Positions 1-12,646 of a DNA stretch of 64,000 bases are shown here, piece after piece (the stretch's first letter is position 1; each line of letters begins with the position of its first letter). Source of the stretch: Balanoglossus misakiensis (lineage: Eukaryota > Animalia > Hemichordata); contig CM082595.2 in the NCBI GenBank assembly GCA_040954595.2, forward strand, positions 7,058,193 through 7,122,192, read 5' to 3'. The translations under genes were made by a program, and so were the position numbers. The notes below the pieces were generated by a model. The model was given only the letters and a program-made list of their open reading frames with translations, was not told where the DNA came from and ran no database searches.

Positions 1-586
1 TAATATAAAAAAATCGGTCGATTTTTCATAGTATTTTTTTTCGCTTAAAATTATTGACAAATACTAGGCTAGCTGCACACCAAAGTTGGAGATGATTGGC
101 CAAACAGATTTTGAGATATGTATGCATATTTATCCAAAATAATATGTGGTCTTAGCTTTACTATGGAAAGTATAGGCCCATGGCTTGGTAAAAAAATATG
201 AAAAATAATACTTAAAAATCTTCTTCTCAAAATTGGCATGGCCAATATCCTTGACATTTGGCATGTAGGACACTGACCACATGGTCCGCAAAAGTTGCTA
301 AAAGAATTTTGATATCTCCATTCATATGCAAATAAGGCCGATTTGAAAATTTTGCCCATATATGGTCATCAGGTCACGTGACTAATTAAACATTCACAAG
401 GGTACTGCACTAGCTCTCATTGGCCTGCACCATTGTGCCAAGTTTGAAATTGGTAGGTTTAGCCGTTTTCCAGATCTAGCTGACCAAAAAAACGACAGAA
501 GAAGAAGAAGTAGAAGAAATATAGCTGCAAGCAGCAATGGCGGGCCCAAGCCAACATAGCACATAGCAACATAGCAATAAGCATAT

Positions 587-3500
587 CTGCTCTGGATGCC
601 AAGATATGGAAAAGTAGGTCAAAGGTCACCTGAGGTCATGCAAAATTTGGGCGAGAAATTTTGACCCTATACTGGTCCATGTTCATCAAAAACCAAACCT
701 ATAGCCCTATTGGTTAGCCTGGAATTAGGTATGCACATAATTAATGAGGTAGGCAGGTGTCACAACTGACCCCCAATTTGGCTTTCCAATTTTAGTCCCA
801 ACCCTCCAAACGCCAAGCCTGTACCTGCTCTGGATGCCAAGATATGGTAAAGTAGGTCAAAGGTCACCTGAGGTCATACAAAATTTGGGCAAGAAATTTT
901 GACCCTATACTGGTCCATGTTCAACAAAAACCAAACCTATAGCCCTATTGGTTAGCCTGGAATTAGGTATGCACATAATTAATGAGATATGCAGGTGTCA
1001 CAGGTGACCCCCATTTTGGCTTTTCAATTTTAGTCCCAACCCTCCAAACGCCAAGTCTGTACCAGCTCTGGATGCCGAGATATACGAAAGTAGGTCAAAG
1101 GTCACCTGAGGTCACCCAAAATTCTGGCAAGAAATTTTGACCCTATACTGGTCCATGTCCCACAAGAACGAAACCTCTAGCCCTCTTAGTTAGCCCAGAA
1201 GTAGGTATGCACATAATTAATGAGTTAAGCAGGTGTTACAGGTGAGCCTCAAATTGTGCCTTCTATTTTGGTGCCATTGTGCTCACTAACCACAAGACAG
1301 TCACTGTACAGGACTATTGCACAGACCAGAATTCCACAATAAGACATGGACATAGCTTAACCATAGAGGTATAATTAAAGGTATAAATTTCATAAGAAAA
1401 TTAATATAAAAAAATCGGTCGATTTTTCATACTATTTTTTTTCGCTTAAAATTATTGACAAATACTAGGCTAGCTGCACACCAAAGTTGGAGATGATTGG
1501 CCAAACAGATTTTGAGATATGTATGCATATTTATCCAAAATAATATGTGGTCTTAGCTTTACTATGGAAAGTATAGGCCCATGGCTTGGTCAAAAAATAT
1601 GAAAAATAATACTTAAAAATCTTCTTCTCAAAATTGGCATGGCCAATATCCTTGACATTTGGCATGTAGGACACTGACCACATGGTCCGCAAAAGTTGCT
1701 AAAAGAATTTTGATATCTCCATTCATATGCAAATAAGGCCGATTTGAAAATTTTGCCCATATATGGTCATCAGGTCACGTGACTAATTAAACATTCACAA
1801 GGGTACTGCACTAGCTCTCATTGGCCTGCACCATTGTGCCAAGTTTGAAATTGGTAGGTTTAGCCGTTTTCCAGATCTAGCTGACCAAAAAAACGACAGA
1901 AGAAGAAGAAGTAGAAGAATATAGCTGCAAGCAGCAATAGCAGGCCCAAGCCAACATAGCACATAGCAACATAGCAATACGCATATCTGCTCTGGATGCC
2001 AAGATATGGTAAAGTAGGTCAAAGGTCACCTGAGGTCATGCAAAATTTGGGCAAGAAATGTTGACCCTATACTGGTCCATGTTCAACAAAAACCAAACCT
2101 ATAGCCCTATTGGTTAGCCTGGAATTAGGTATGCACATAATTAATGAGGTAGGCAGGTGTCACAGGTGACCCCCAGTGTTGCCTTTTCAATTTTAGTCCC
2201 AACCCTCCAAACGCCAAGTCTGTACCTGCTCTGGATGCCAAGATATGGTAAAGTAGGTCAAAGGTCACCTGAGGTCATACAAAATTTGGGCAAGAAATTT
2301 TGACCCTACACTGGTCCATGTTCAACAAAAACCAAACCTATAGCCCTATTGGTTAGCCTGGAATTAGGTATGCACATAATTAATGAGATATGCAGGTGTC
2401 ACAGGTGACCCCCATTTTGGCTTTTCAATTTTAGTCCCAACCCTCCAAACGCCAAGTCTGTACCAGCTCTGGATGCCAAGATATGGTAAAGTAGGTCAAA
2501 GGTCACCTGAGGTCATACAAAATTTGGGCAAGAAATTTTGACCCTACACTGGTCCATGTTCAACAAAAACCAAACCTATAGCCCTATTGGTTAGCCTGGA
2601 ATTAGGTATGCACATAATTAATGAGATATGCAGGTGTCACAGGTGACCCCCATTTTGGCTTTTCAATTTTAGTCCCAACCCTCCAAACGCCAAGTCTGTA
2701 CCAGCTCTGGATGCCGAGATATACGAAAGTAGGTCAAAGGTCACCTGAGGTCACCCAAAATTTTGGCAAGAAATTTTGACCCTATACTGGTCCATGTCCC
2801 ACAAGAACGAAACCTCTAGCCCTCTTAGTTAGCCCAGAAGTAGGTATGCACATAATTAATGAGTTAAGCAGGTGTTACAGGTGAGCCTCAAATTGTGCCT
2901 TCTATTTTGGTGCCATTGTGCTCACTAACCACAAGACAGTCACTGTACAGGACTATTGCACAGACCAGAATTCCACAATAAGACATGGACATAGCTTAAC
3001 CATAGAGGTATAATTAAAGGTATAAATTTCATAAGAAAATTAATATAAAAAAATCGGTCGATTTTTCATACTATTTTTTTTCGCTTAAAATTATTGACAA
3101 ATACTAGGCTAGCTGCACACCAAAGTTGGAGATGATTGGCCAAACAGATTTTGAGATATGTATGCATATTTATCCAAAATAATATGTGGCCTTAGCTTTA
3201 CTATGGAAAGTATAGGCCCATGGCTTGGTCAAAAAATATGAAAAATAATACTTAAAAATCTTCTTCTCAAAATTGGCATGGCCAATGTCCTTGACATTTG
3301 GCATGTAGGACACTGACCACATGGTCCGCAAAAGTTGCTAAAAGAATTTTGATATCTCCATTCATATGCAAATAAGGCCGATTGGAAAATTTTGCCCATA
3401 TATGGTCATCAGGTCACGTGACTAATTAAACATTCACAAGGGTACTGCACTAGCTCTCATTGGCCTGCACCATTGTGCCAAGTTTGAAATTTGTAGGTTT

Positions 3501-5800
3501 AGCCGTTTTCCAGATCTAGCTGACCAAAAAAAACGACAGAAGAAGAAGAAGAAGTAGAAGAAAAACCCCAGTAAAAACAATAGGGCCCAAGCCTGCTGGG
3601 CTTGGGCCCTAAAAACCCCAGTAAAAACAATAGGGCCCAAGCCTGCTGGGCTTGGGCCCTAAATATAGCTGCAAGCAGCAATAGCGGGCCCAAGCCAACA
3701 TAGCACATAGCAACATAGCAATAAGCATATCTGCTCTGGATGCCAAGATATGGTAAAGTAGGTCAAAGGTCACCTGAGGTCACCTAAAATTTGGGCAAAT
3801 TATTTTTAACCCCATACTGGTCCATGTCCCACAAGCACGAAACCTCTAGCCCTATTGGTTAGCCTGGAATTAGGTATGCACATAATTAATGAGATATGCA
3901 GGTGTCACAGGTGACCCCCATTTTGGCTTTTCAACTTTAGTCCCAACCCTCCAAACGCCAAGTCTGTACCTGCTCTGGATGCCGAGATCTGGTAAAGTAG
4001 GTCAAAGGTCACCCGAGGACAAGCAAAATTTGGGCAAGAAATTTTGAACCTATACTGGTCCATGTTCAACAAAAACCAAACCTATAGCCCTATTGGTTAG
4101 CCTGGAATTAGGTATGCACATATTAATGAGATATACAGGTGTCACAGGTGACCCCCATTTTGCCTTTTCAATTTTAGTCCTAACCCTCCAAACGCCAAGT
4201 CTGTACCTGCTCTGGATGCCAAGATCTGGTAAAGTAGGTCAAAGGTCACCTGAGGTCAAGCAAAATTTGGGCAAGAAATTTTGACCCTATACTGGTCCAT
4301 GTCCCACAAGAACGAAACCTCTAGCCCTCTTAGTTAGCCCAGAATTAGGTATGCACATAATTAATGAGTTAAGCAGGTGTTACAGGTGAGCCTAAAATTT
4401 TGCCTTTTATTTTGGTGCCATTGTGCTCACTGACCAATAGACAGTCACTGTACAGGACTATTGCACAGACCAGAATTCCACAATAAGACATGGACATAGC
4501 TTAACCATAGAGGTATAAGAAAAGGGATAAATTTAATAAAAAAATTAATATAAAAAAATCGGTCGATTTTTCATATTAATTTTTTCTGCTTAAAATGATT
4601 GATAAATGCTAGGCTAGCTGCACAGCAAATTTGGACTTGATCGGCCCAACAGATTTTGAGATATGTTTGCATATTTATCCAAAATAATATGTGGTCTTAG
4701 CTTAACTATGGAAAGTATAGGCCCATGGCTTGGTCGAAAAATATGAAAAATAATACTTAAAAATCTTCTTCTCAAAATTGACATGGCCTATGGCTTTGAT
4801 ATTTGGCATGTAGAACCCTGGCCATATGGTCCGTAAAAGTTGCTAAAAGAATTTTGATATCTTCATGCATATGCAAATAAGGCCGATTTGAAAACTTTGC
4901 CCATATATGGTCATCAGGTCACATGACTTATTAAACATTCACGAGGGTACTGCACCATATCTCATAGGCCTGAACAATTATGCCAAAATTGAGATTTGTG
5001 GGACTAGCCGTTTTCAAGATCTAGCTGGCCGAAAAAAGTGCCCAAGAAGAAGAAGTAGAAGAATATAGCTGCAAGCAGCAATAGCGGGCCCAAGCCAACA
5101 TAGCACATAGCACATAGCAACATAGCAATAAGCATATCTGCCCTGGATGCCAAGATATGGTAAAGTAGGTCAAAGGTCACCTGAGGTCATGCAAAATTTG
5201 GGCAAGATATTTTGACCCTATACTGGTCTGTGTTCAACAAAAAACAAACCTATAGCCCTATTGGTTAGCCTGGAATTAGGTATGCACATAATTAATTAGG
5301 TATGCAGGTGTCACAGGTGATCCCCAATTTTGGCTTTTCAATTTTAGTCCCAACCCTCCAAACGCCAAGTCGGTACCTGCTCTCGATGCCAAGATCTGGT
5401 AAAGTAGGTCAAAGGTCACCTGAGGTCATGCAAAATTTGGGCAAGAAATCTTTACCCTATACTGGTCCATGTTCAACAAAAACCAAACCTATAGCCCTAT
5501 CGGTTACCCTGGAATTAGGTATGCACATAATTAATGAGATATGCAGGTGTCACAGGTGACCCCAAATTGGGCTTTTCAATTTTAGTCCCAACCCTCCAAA
5601 CGCCAAGTCTGTACCTGCACTGGATGCCGAGATATAGGAAAGTAGGTCAAAGGTCACCTGAGGTCACCCAAAATTTGGGCAAGAAATTTTGACCCTATAC
5701 TGGTCCATGTCCCACAAGAACGAAACCTCTAGCCCTCTTAGTTAGCCCAGAATTAGGTATGCACATAATAAATGAGTTAAGCAGGTGTTACAGGTGAGCC
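587..5800. repeat. 239-bp core tandem repeats inside the HINE monomers (3, 4, 3, 3 copies)
   Basis: ctgctctggatgccaagatatgg...aaagtaggtcaaaggtcacctgaggtc recurs at ~587/826/1065; 1987/2226/2465/2704; 3731/3970/4208; 5138/5377/5616. Confidence 0.93.
3561..3660. repeat. 2 x 50-bp palindromic element terminus
   Basis: aaaaaccccagtaaaaacaatagggcccaagcctgctgggcttgggccct twice. Each copy forms a hairpin with a 12-bp stem (tagggcccaagc/gcttgggcccta). Confidence 0.9.
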
Positions 5801-6454
5801 TAAAATTGTGCCTTTTATTTTGGTGCCAATGTGCTCACACACCAATAGACAGTCACTGTACAGGACTATTGCACAGACCAGAATTCCACAATAAGACATG
5901 GACATAGCTTAACCATAGAGGTATAAGTAAAGGTATAAATTTAATAAAAAAATTAATATAAAAAAATCGGTCGATTTTTCATACTATTTTTTTTCGCTTA
6001 AAATTATTGACAAATGCTAGGCTAGCTGCACACCAAAGTTGGAGATGATCGGCCTAACAGATTTTGAGATATGTATGCATATTTATCAAAAATAATATGT
6101 GGTCATAGCTTTACTATGTAAAGTATAGGCCGATGGCTTGGGCGAAAAATATGAAAAATAATACTTAAAAATCTTCTTCTCAAAATTGACTTGGCCTATG
6201 GCCTTGACATTTGGCATGTAGAACCCTTGCCATATGGCCCACAAAGTATCTTAACAGAATTTTGATATCTCCATTCATATGCAAATTAGGCCGATTTGAA
6301 AATTTTGCCCATATATGGTCATCAGGTCACATGACTAATTACACATTCACAAGGGTACTGCACCAGCTCTCATAGGCCTGCACCATTGTGCCAAATGTGA
6401 GATTTGTAGGTTCAGCCGTTTTCAAGATCTAGCTGGACAAAAAAACGACACAAG

Positions 6455-6486
<32 letters not shown>

Positions 6487-6490
6487 GAAG

Positions 6491-6641
6491 AAAAACCCCA
6501 GTAATACCAATAGGGCCCAAGCCTGCTGGGCTTGGGCCCTAAAAAAAGCCAGTAATACCAATAGGGCACAAGCCTGCTTGGCTTGTGCCCTAAAAACTCC
6601 AGTAAAAACAATAGGGCCCAAGCCTGCTGGGCTTGGGCCCT
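6491..6641. repeat. 3 x ~50-bp palindromic element terminus
   Basis: Same hairpin unit three times. The middle copy has compensating changes (gggcacaagc/gcttgtgccc). Confidence 0.9.
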
Positions 6642-6643
6642 AA

Positions 6644-9600
6644 AAAAAAGATGAAGATGAGCCTGTGACACCAGCATCAATGCAACCTGAGATAAAATCA
6701 GAAGAAACAGGAGCTGAGAAAGCCAGACATTCACAACCGGAGACAATGGGAAAAGACACTGAGACTGTGGCCGAGATGATGGAAGAAGGAGTCGATGGAA
6801 CTGAGACTACAGGTAGTCAAGAGATATCTGAGGATACAAAGGGAGCCAGTGTTTCAGCAGAATCTTCTAAAACAGATTTATCAGGTATGTCCATTACATA
6901 TATCAGTGTTGGAAAACAACAGTTAAGTACATATCAGTATGCTGATACTACTAAAGGGGCAAATTGATTCAAAACTTCAAGTAAAATTAATGTCTAAGTC
7001 ATCTCTCCACTGCAGGAAGTAAAGAGATATCTGAGGATACAAAGGGAGCCAGTATTTCAACAGAACCTTCTAAAACAGGTATGTGCATTTCATCTCAGTG
7101 TTGGAAAATAACAGTTGAATACATGTGTTGATACTTAGGGATCAGTTGATTCAAAACTTCAAGTAAATGTTAAATCATTGGTTGCCAGACTTCTACCGGT
7201 ACTACCAAACTGCATTGTGTGTAAATGTATAACATAAGAAAACCTGAAGACAAAACATTTATGGCACTTACCAGAAACCTTGACATCACAACGCAAATTT
7301 TTACAAGTAAGAGGCAAGATGAGAATAGAGGTCTGGTCACCAACAATTCAGAGAGTTCAAAATCATTATAAGAAACTTTTCACTTGATCAAACATAAATA
7401 AAGTAACGTCAGAAGATACCAACCTTGTCATCTTTGAATTCAATAATTCTTTGCAAGAATAGATTGGCTGTCTGGTGATTGATGAATACTTTTGTCTGTA
7501 AAATATAAAAATCAAAATGCGTGCAGATATTGACTCAATAACATGTGGATTAGATTAATTTTGCTATGATCAATTCTGCCAGAGCATTTGATGGAGCATC
7601 AAGGTGTGCCAGAATAGGAAAAGAAAAGCTATGAGCCAATTTGTGTGTAAATGTCCAATGTACAAGTAGGCTGATTTTTTGCAGATACAGACAGCATAAA
7701 GCAATATAAAATACCAGTACACCAGTGGTTCAGCCTTTGTTTTGATTGGTATGGTTGAATCCATACACAAGAAAAAGGGGTGAAAGGTTCACTCTTTGTT
7801 ACAGTGGCCAGAATAAAACAACTGTGGTCCAGGGTGAAAATGCTCAATTTCTACAATTTCAACCACTAGCTACAATCATTCAATTTCTTCATTTGACTTT
7901 GGAATTGTCATATGTAGATATTCCACAACATCAAGAAACTTTAATTTTGTTATGATTATAAATAATCAAAAAAGGTAATTCAAATTAGGAACTTACCAAT
8001 GTTTTATCCAAGTGACAATCTGGAACAGCCAGTGGTGTTGAAACAGACTATTTATCATGACTCATCCTAAGTAACTGCAGGTTTTCCATCTCTCAGATCA
8101 TCTGAAATGATGTCACTATATAAGTGGTTAGGGTGTACTCTTGCAAAAAAAGATATCACTAAATTTCCAACCATGCATTTTACTTTCCAATAAATTCTCT
8201 AAAGTTAGAAAGGTTTACACCAATAATTTTCTCAAGGGTTTATTCACAAAAATATTCACCTTGTCAAAGAAAGTACAAGCCCTCTCAGCTAAGGAGTAGA
8301 TAATTCTTCTCTGTTCACCAATATGACAATTACTGATTGAAAAGCAGACCATCTCTGGTTGGCTGGGAAAAGAAACAAAATCTTTGGCACAACAACATTT
8401 CAGATAGTACATAAAGTTAGAAATACTTTGTATTATAATAGTCTGTCAATAAAATGACAGATAGGATAGCTTTTTACTTTATATTGCAAAGCAATAGAAA
8501 TAGTTTCAGAAATTGATGTTTGTCTTGTTGCCCTGGTTTCTTGGCACTGAAAAGCTACAAGTATAAGGTAGGCAATGATCCTTGAGACATTGTTGAAGAA
8601 TTTTTATATAAGACCTACTAATTCCAAAATTACAAGGAAAAGATTATTTTTGTACTTATCTGTTAGGATGTGTTACCATGACAACAATACTGTGACTAAA
8701 TCCATTGAGCAGTTGAATAGGAACATTTTTTATGGGTTACAAAGACCATAAATAAAGTGATAATTTCAGGTAATATTTCTGCTACTTGTTTTCAAAAATA
8801 AAAATATTAACTGATATTAACGTTTTGTCCAGTTTCCATGGTTACTCGGAATTTGAAAATGTGTACATATAGAGTACTTGGGCAGAAATATATCATGGCA
8901 ATAACTCGCTAAATTTGTAAAAAAAAAAGGTTTAATTAAAGTTAAATTAAAACACTAACTTTAGCACATTGTCAATGTTTTACAAAATACATTGAGGTTC
9001 AGTTGTCATGGTTACCAGTGAATAATGCTACCATCATACATTTTTTCCTAAAAATAATGGACCAAAGAATTATCCCTGAAACTCAGTTCAAGAATTGTTA
9101 TGAAATGTCTACTGAGTCAAAAGTTACAAGTAAAAGATTATTTTTGAACTGATTTCTTTGAATGTGTTACCATGGCAACATCAACGATAGTACATCTATT
9201 GAATGGTTAAATAAGATAGTCTTTCATGTATATTATAGTAAAGCTGTCAAAAAGAGACAAAGTAAATTTCCTCCTAGCTATATTGCAGAGAAAAAGAAAT
9301 AGTTCAAGAAACTCATGGTTACTCTGGTTGCCATGGTTATTTGTCACTGTAAACATTGTGTAGAAAAACTACCCCTTAGTAGTTCAGTTGTCATAGCAAT
9401 GATTTGTTTCTTTTGTAATATGTTTTCTCTTGTTAAAATGAACAATAAAACACTAACTCTAGCATATTCCTAATGCATTTCAATACAGCATGTTTGACCT
9501 TTGACCTGTGTTTCACCTTACAGGTCACTGGTCAATGAGGACACTGAACGGCCAAAGTCCAAAGCCAGGATGAAAGTTTAATGGACCAAGAGGTATGGTG

Positions 9601-10341
9601 TTCCATGCTGACAAACTGGTGGTGTGTGACAAAGACAACAGGGTTGTACAGATACTGAATCAAGATTACACCTGTGACAAAGTCTTGGGAAGTTTTGATG
9701 GTCAGTTTGCAAAGCCATTCCAGCCATTGGATGTAGCTGTCTCCCATGACAACATCTACTTCATAAATGATGGTGGAAATTCTCAAATTGTTGTTTGTGA
9801 TCAAAACAATAAAATTCTTAGAATAATTACTCTACCTGCAGGCGTCAATGTCTGTGGCATCGCTATACTGAATGGATTTGTTTTGGTCACTGAGGTCAAT
9901 GGTGATCGGCTACTCAAGTACACCCAAGATGGTCAGTATGTTGCAGAGGTTGGTGGTGAAGGTGATGGCCAAACACAATTCAGTGGGCCATTCTCTGTGG
10001 TGGTCAACAGTAAGAATGTGATCATGGTGTCTGACTATTACAATCACTGCATCAAGTGTTTTGATGCTGAATTGAAATTCTTGTATCAATTTGGTGTGGA
10101 AGGTTCAGGTCCTGGTCAGCTGAGGTTTCCACACAACATTGACGTCGATGACGACGATAATTTGTTTGTGTGTGATTGGGTGAATAATAGGATTGTGAAA
10201 TGGAGATTTGATGGAGAGTGGGTCTGTCACTTATTTGAAGGTGAGGTGAGACTCCCTGTGTTCATTGCAGTCAGCGGTGACAGAATTGCTGTTGGAGAGT
10301 CTGGCAGAGACCAAATCAAAGTATTCCACAAGCAGACATAA
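6644..10341 (+). pseudogene. Copy A of the GT4-TRADD-N-coiled coil-NHL gene, 3' part only: linker exons ~6644-6884 and 7016-7078, NHL exon 9524-10341
   Basis: Homologous to the linker and NHL exons of copies B and C. The linker exon abuts the HINE array at aaaagatgaagatgag. In-frame TGA at 9571-9573 where B and C have CGA (Arg). Confidence 0.85.
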
Positions 10342-12646
10342 ACATCACCATGAAATGCATGTCCACACGACATCAAAAACAGTGAAATTTGGGAGAAAAT
10401 TTAGAGGCTGCGGCGATAAATTTACGATTGATCGCATTCCATGGCAACAAAGTTCAAACTGAACCAATGTCACTTTCACAATTTTTGGAGTTATTTTCCA
10501 CATTTTGAAGTAAAATTCAGAACAGAAATTAATTGTAGGTGCAGTCGCTACATGTACTGAGTGGAGGCAAAATAAACTGAGGGAGTTTTGAGTAATTTTT
10601 GCAGTTTATTTTGAGGGATTTTGAGACAAGACTGTTTGAAACTGAATGCAATCCGTCAACTTGGCATGTAAACAATCAAAAATTGGGTTCTTTTTTTCAA
10701 ATTTGCAAAGACATTTCTGAAAGAAAAATAGTTCAGTTTACAGTCGCTTCATGTAACGAGTATAAACAATCCAAATCTGAGTCGTTTTGGAATATTTTTA
10801 CTCGTTTTTTTGATGAATTTTGACATGGAGGGGTCTGAAAGTTATGATGTGAGGTCCATTTCCCATCAGATCTCCAAATTGCATCCAAAAGGATGAAGGC
10901 GATTCATCAATTTATGTGTGCAAAATGATTCTAAAAACTTACCTGTAAATCGCCTGATATATATTGTATTGTGATCTGTAAATATTTCCATTCTGTAGTC
11001 CAAAATTGTTGTTATTTCAAATATATATGAACAAGGGATGTGAACCATGTGAACGGCGAAGTTTTACCGCCATGATTTGCATATCCACTTTTGATTAATC
11101 ATGGTGTAGAGGGCGCACTCAGAGCTCGATGAGACTAGCGTGAAAAGTAACTTTGCAGTTCTATGTTAATCAGATATGTACAGAAAGTTTGTTTTTCATT
11201 TTATTTAGTCGATTTCAAGGAGTAAAATTTCGCTGTCTGGCTGACAAGCGTTAATACAGCCATCTGATTCAGAGGCAGCAACTGAAATATCAACAGTAGG
11301 GGGCGCTATGACCATTTTTGCTATAAGGCCGATGACTCTGGCAGTTACGTTCTCGATCGTCCTGATGTTTTGAGGCCACTGTCCTTTTGCCCGAGAGAAA
11401 CATGCAACTTTGGCAAGCAAAGATGACTTGCGCAGATTGTATGATACTCTAGCATGCTTTCTTTGTTTTAGGTGATATTTTCGTAACTAAAATGTACATA
11501 GTGAGTAAACAATTAGTATAAAGTTGTTTATTGTGTTATTTTGAGTTTTTATTGCAAATAATCACATGCTGTTTGTATTTACTTTTTTTAAATTTGTTTA
11601 AACTTTAAATGTAGTTGAATGTTTAGCTGAGAAAGTGCATCTGTATATGGCACCCTGATTTCACCAATAATTTAATGGCTGACAGTCGTATTACTATTGT
11701 TAAGTCATTTTATTGAATCCAAGAATTTATGATGGAATTGGACGTTTGTAACTAGCATGCGTCAGTTTGCAACATATATCTACATGTAATAAATGGAAAT
11801 GTGATAAATTAAACACCTGTGTTTGATATGCTTGCATTCATCCCCCAAAAATCCTCCTGTGTAACCACATTCATGGATAGTACTGTAAAACGGTGCTTGT
11901 GATTGGTTAAGATTGGTATAGATAAACAACAAAACAAAGCTAACAGACACATCTAAACCATTTGCACACATACCCCACACAGATATAAACACTCAGAAAA
12001 ACATGTTCGGTTCAAAGTTTTATTACAAATGGTAGCAATGCTGGTCACTAGGTTACAGTTTAAATCAGAATAAAACTCTCTTCTGTCATTTCAAACAAAA
12101 TTCTGAATTCAGAAACAGGAAAAGGAAGCTTTGCTGTATATTGTCTGCCATGTCAAAGGTCAAATGGAACTTTCATAGTATTATTCTGTCTGGTTGATAC
12201 CATGGCAATCTTCGACTAAAAAAAATGTCCAGGGTCAAACTACTAAGATCATGAGATGGTTTGAAGTTAGATGTTAAACGGTGCTTGTGATTGGTTAAGA
12301 TTGGTATAGATACACATTACAAGCCAATGAAAAGAACAGTAACATTCAATTGGTTTTATTGCAACAAACACTGGATATATCTGTTTGCTTCTCACATTCC
12401 GGCAAAAATAACATGATAGCAGAAAAAAACATGGGCTCACACATTTGAAAGTTATTTTGAAAGTTTTAAATAAAGTGAAATAATCCTATATCAAGAAAGT
12501 GTCATGTGATAAATAGTTTTGTTTATTTGATTTTCACATCATTATGCTGAATCTCAAGACAGAAAACTACAGGATTGGTTAAAGGGCCGGTAGCTATGAC
12601 CATTTGACGATTTTTTTCACTATTTGGAGGCATCACAAAACCTTAC

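Larger units (their letters stand above)
1..6643 (-). mobile_element. Tandem array of non-autonomous Helentron-associated (HINE/DINE-1/pearl-like) elements; monomers <1-519, 520-1919, 1920-3663, 3664-5063, 5064-6643
   Basis: On the - strand the complete monomers read: palindromic 5' end TTAGGGCCCAAGCCCAGCAGGCTTGGGCCCTA, (TTC)n microsatellite, ~750 bp unique block, 3-4 x 239-bp core repeats, 3' subTIR GGCTTGGGCCC, stem-loop GCTGC-TT-GCAGC, TATATT. The palindrome is absent at the 519, 1919 and 5063 junctions. This matches the known HINE/DINE-1 layout. No RepHel ORF is present. Family assignment is inference. Confidence 0.7.

Noticed and set aside
3561-6641. CRISPR-like palindromic repeats
   Set aside because: The hairpin units are directly adjacent with no unique spacers, there are no cas genes, and the context is eukaryotic. 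They are transposon termini.
69-6746. Short ORFs within the HINE array
   Set aside because: They are translations of microsatellite and hairpin DNA, not conserved in frame between monomers.
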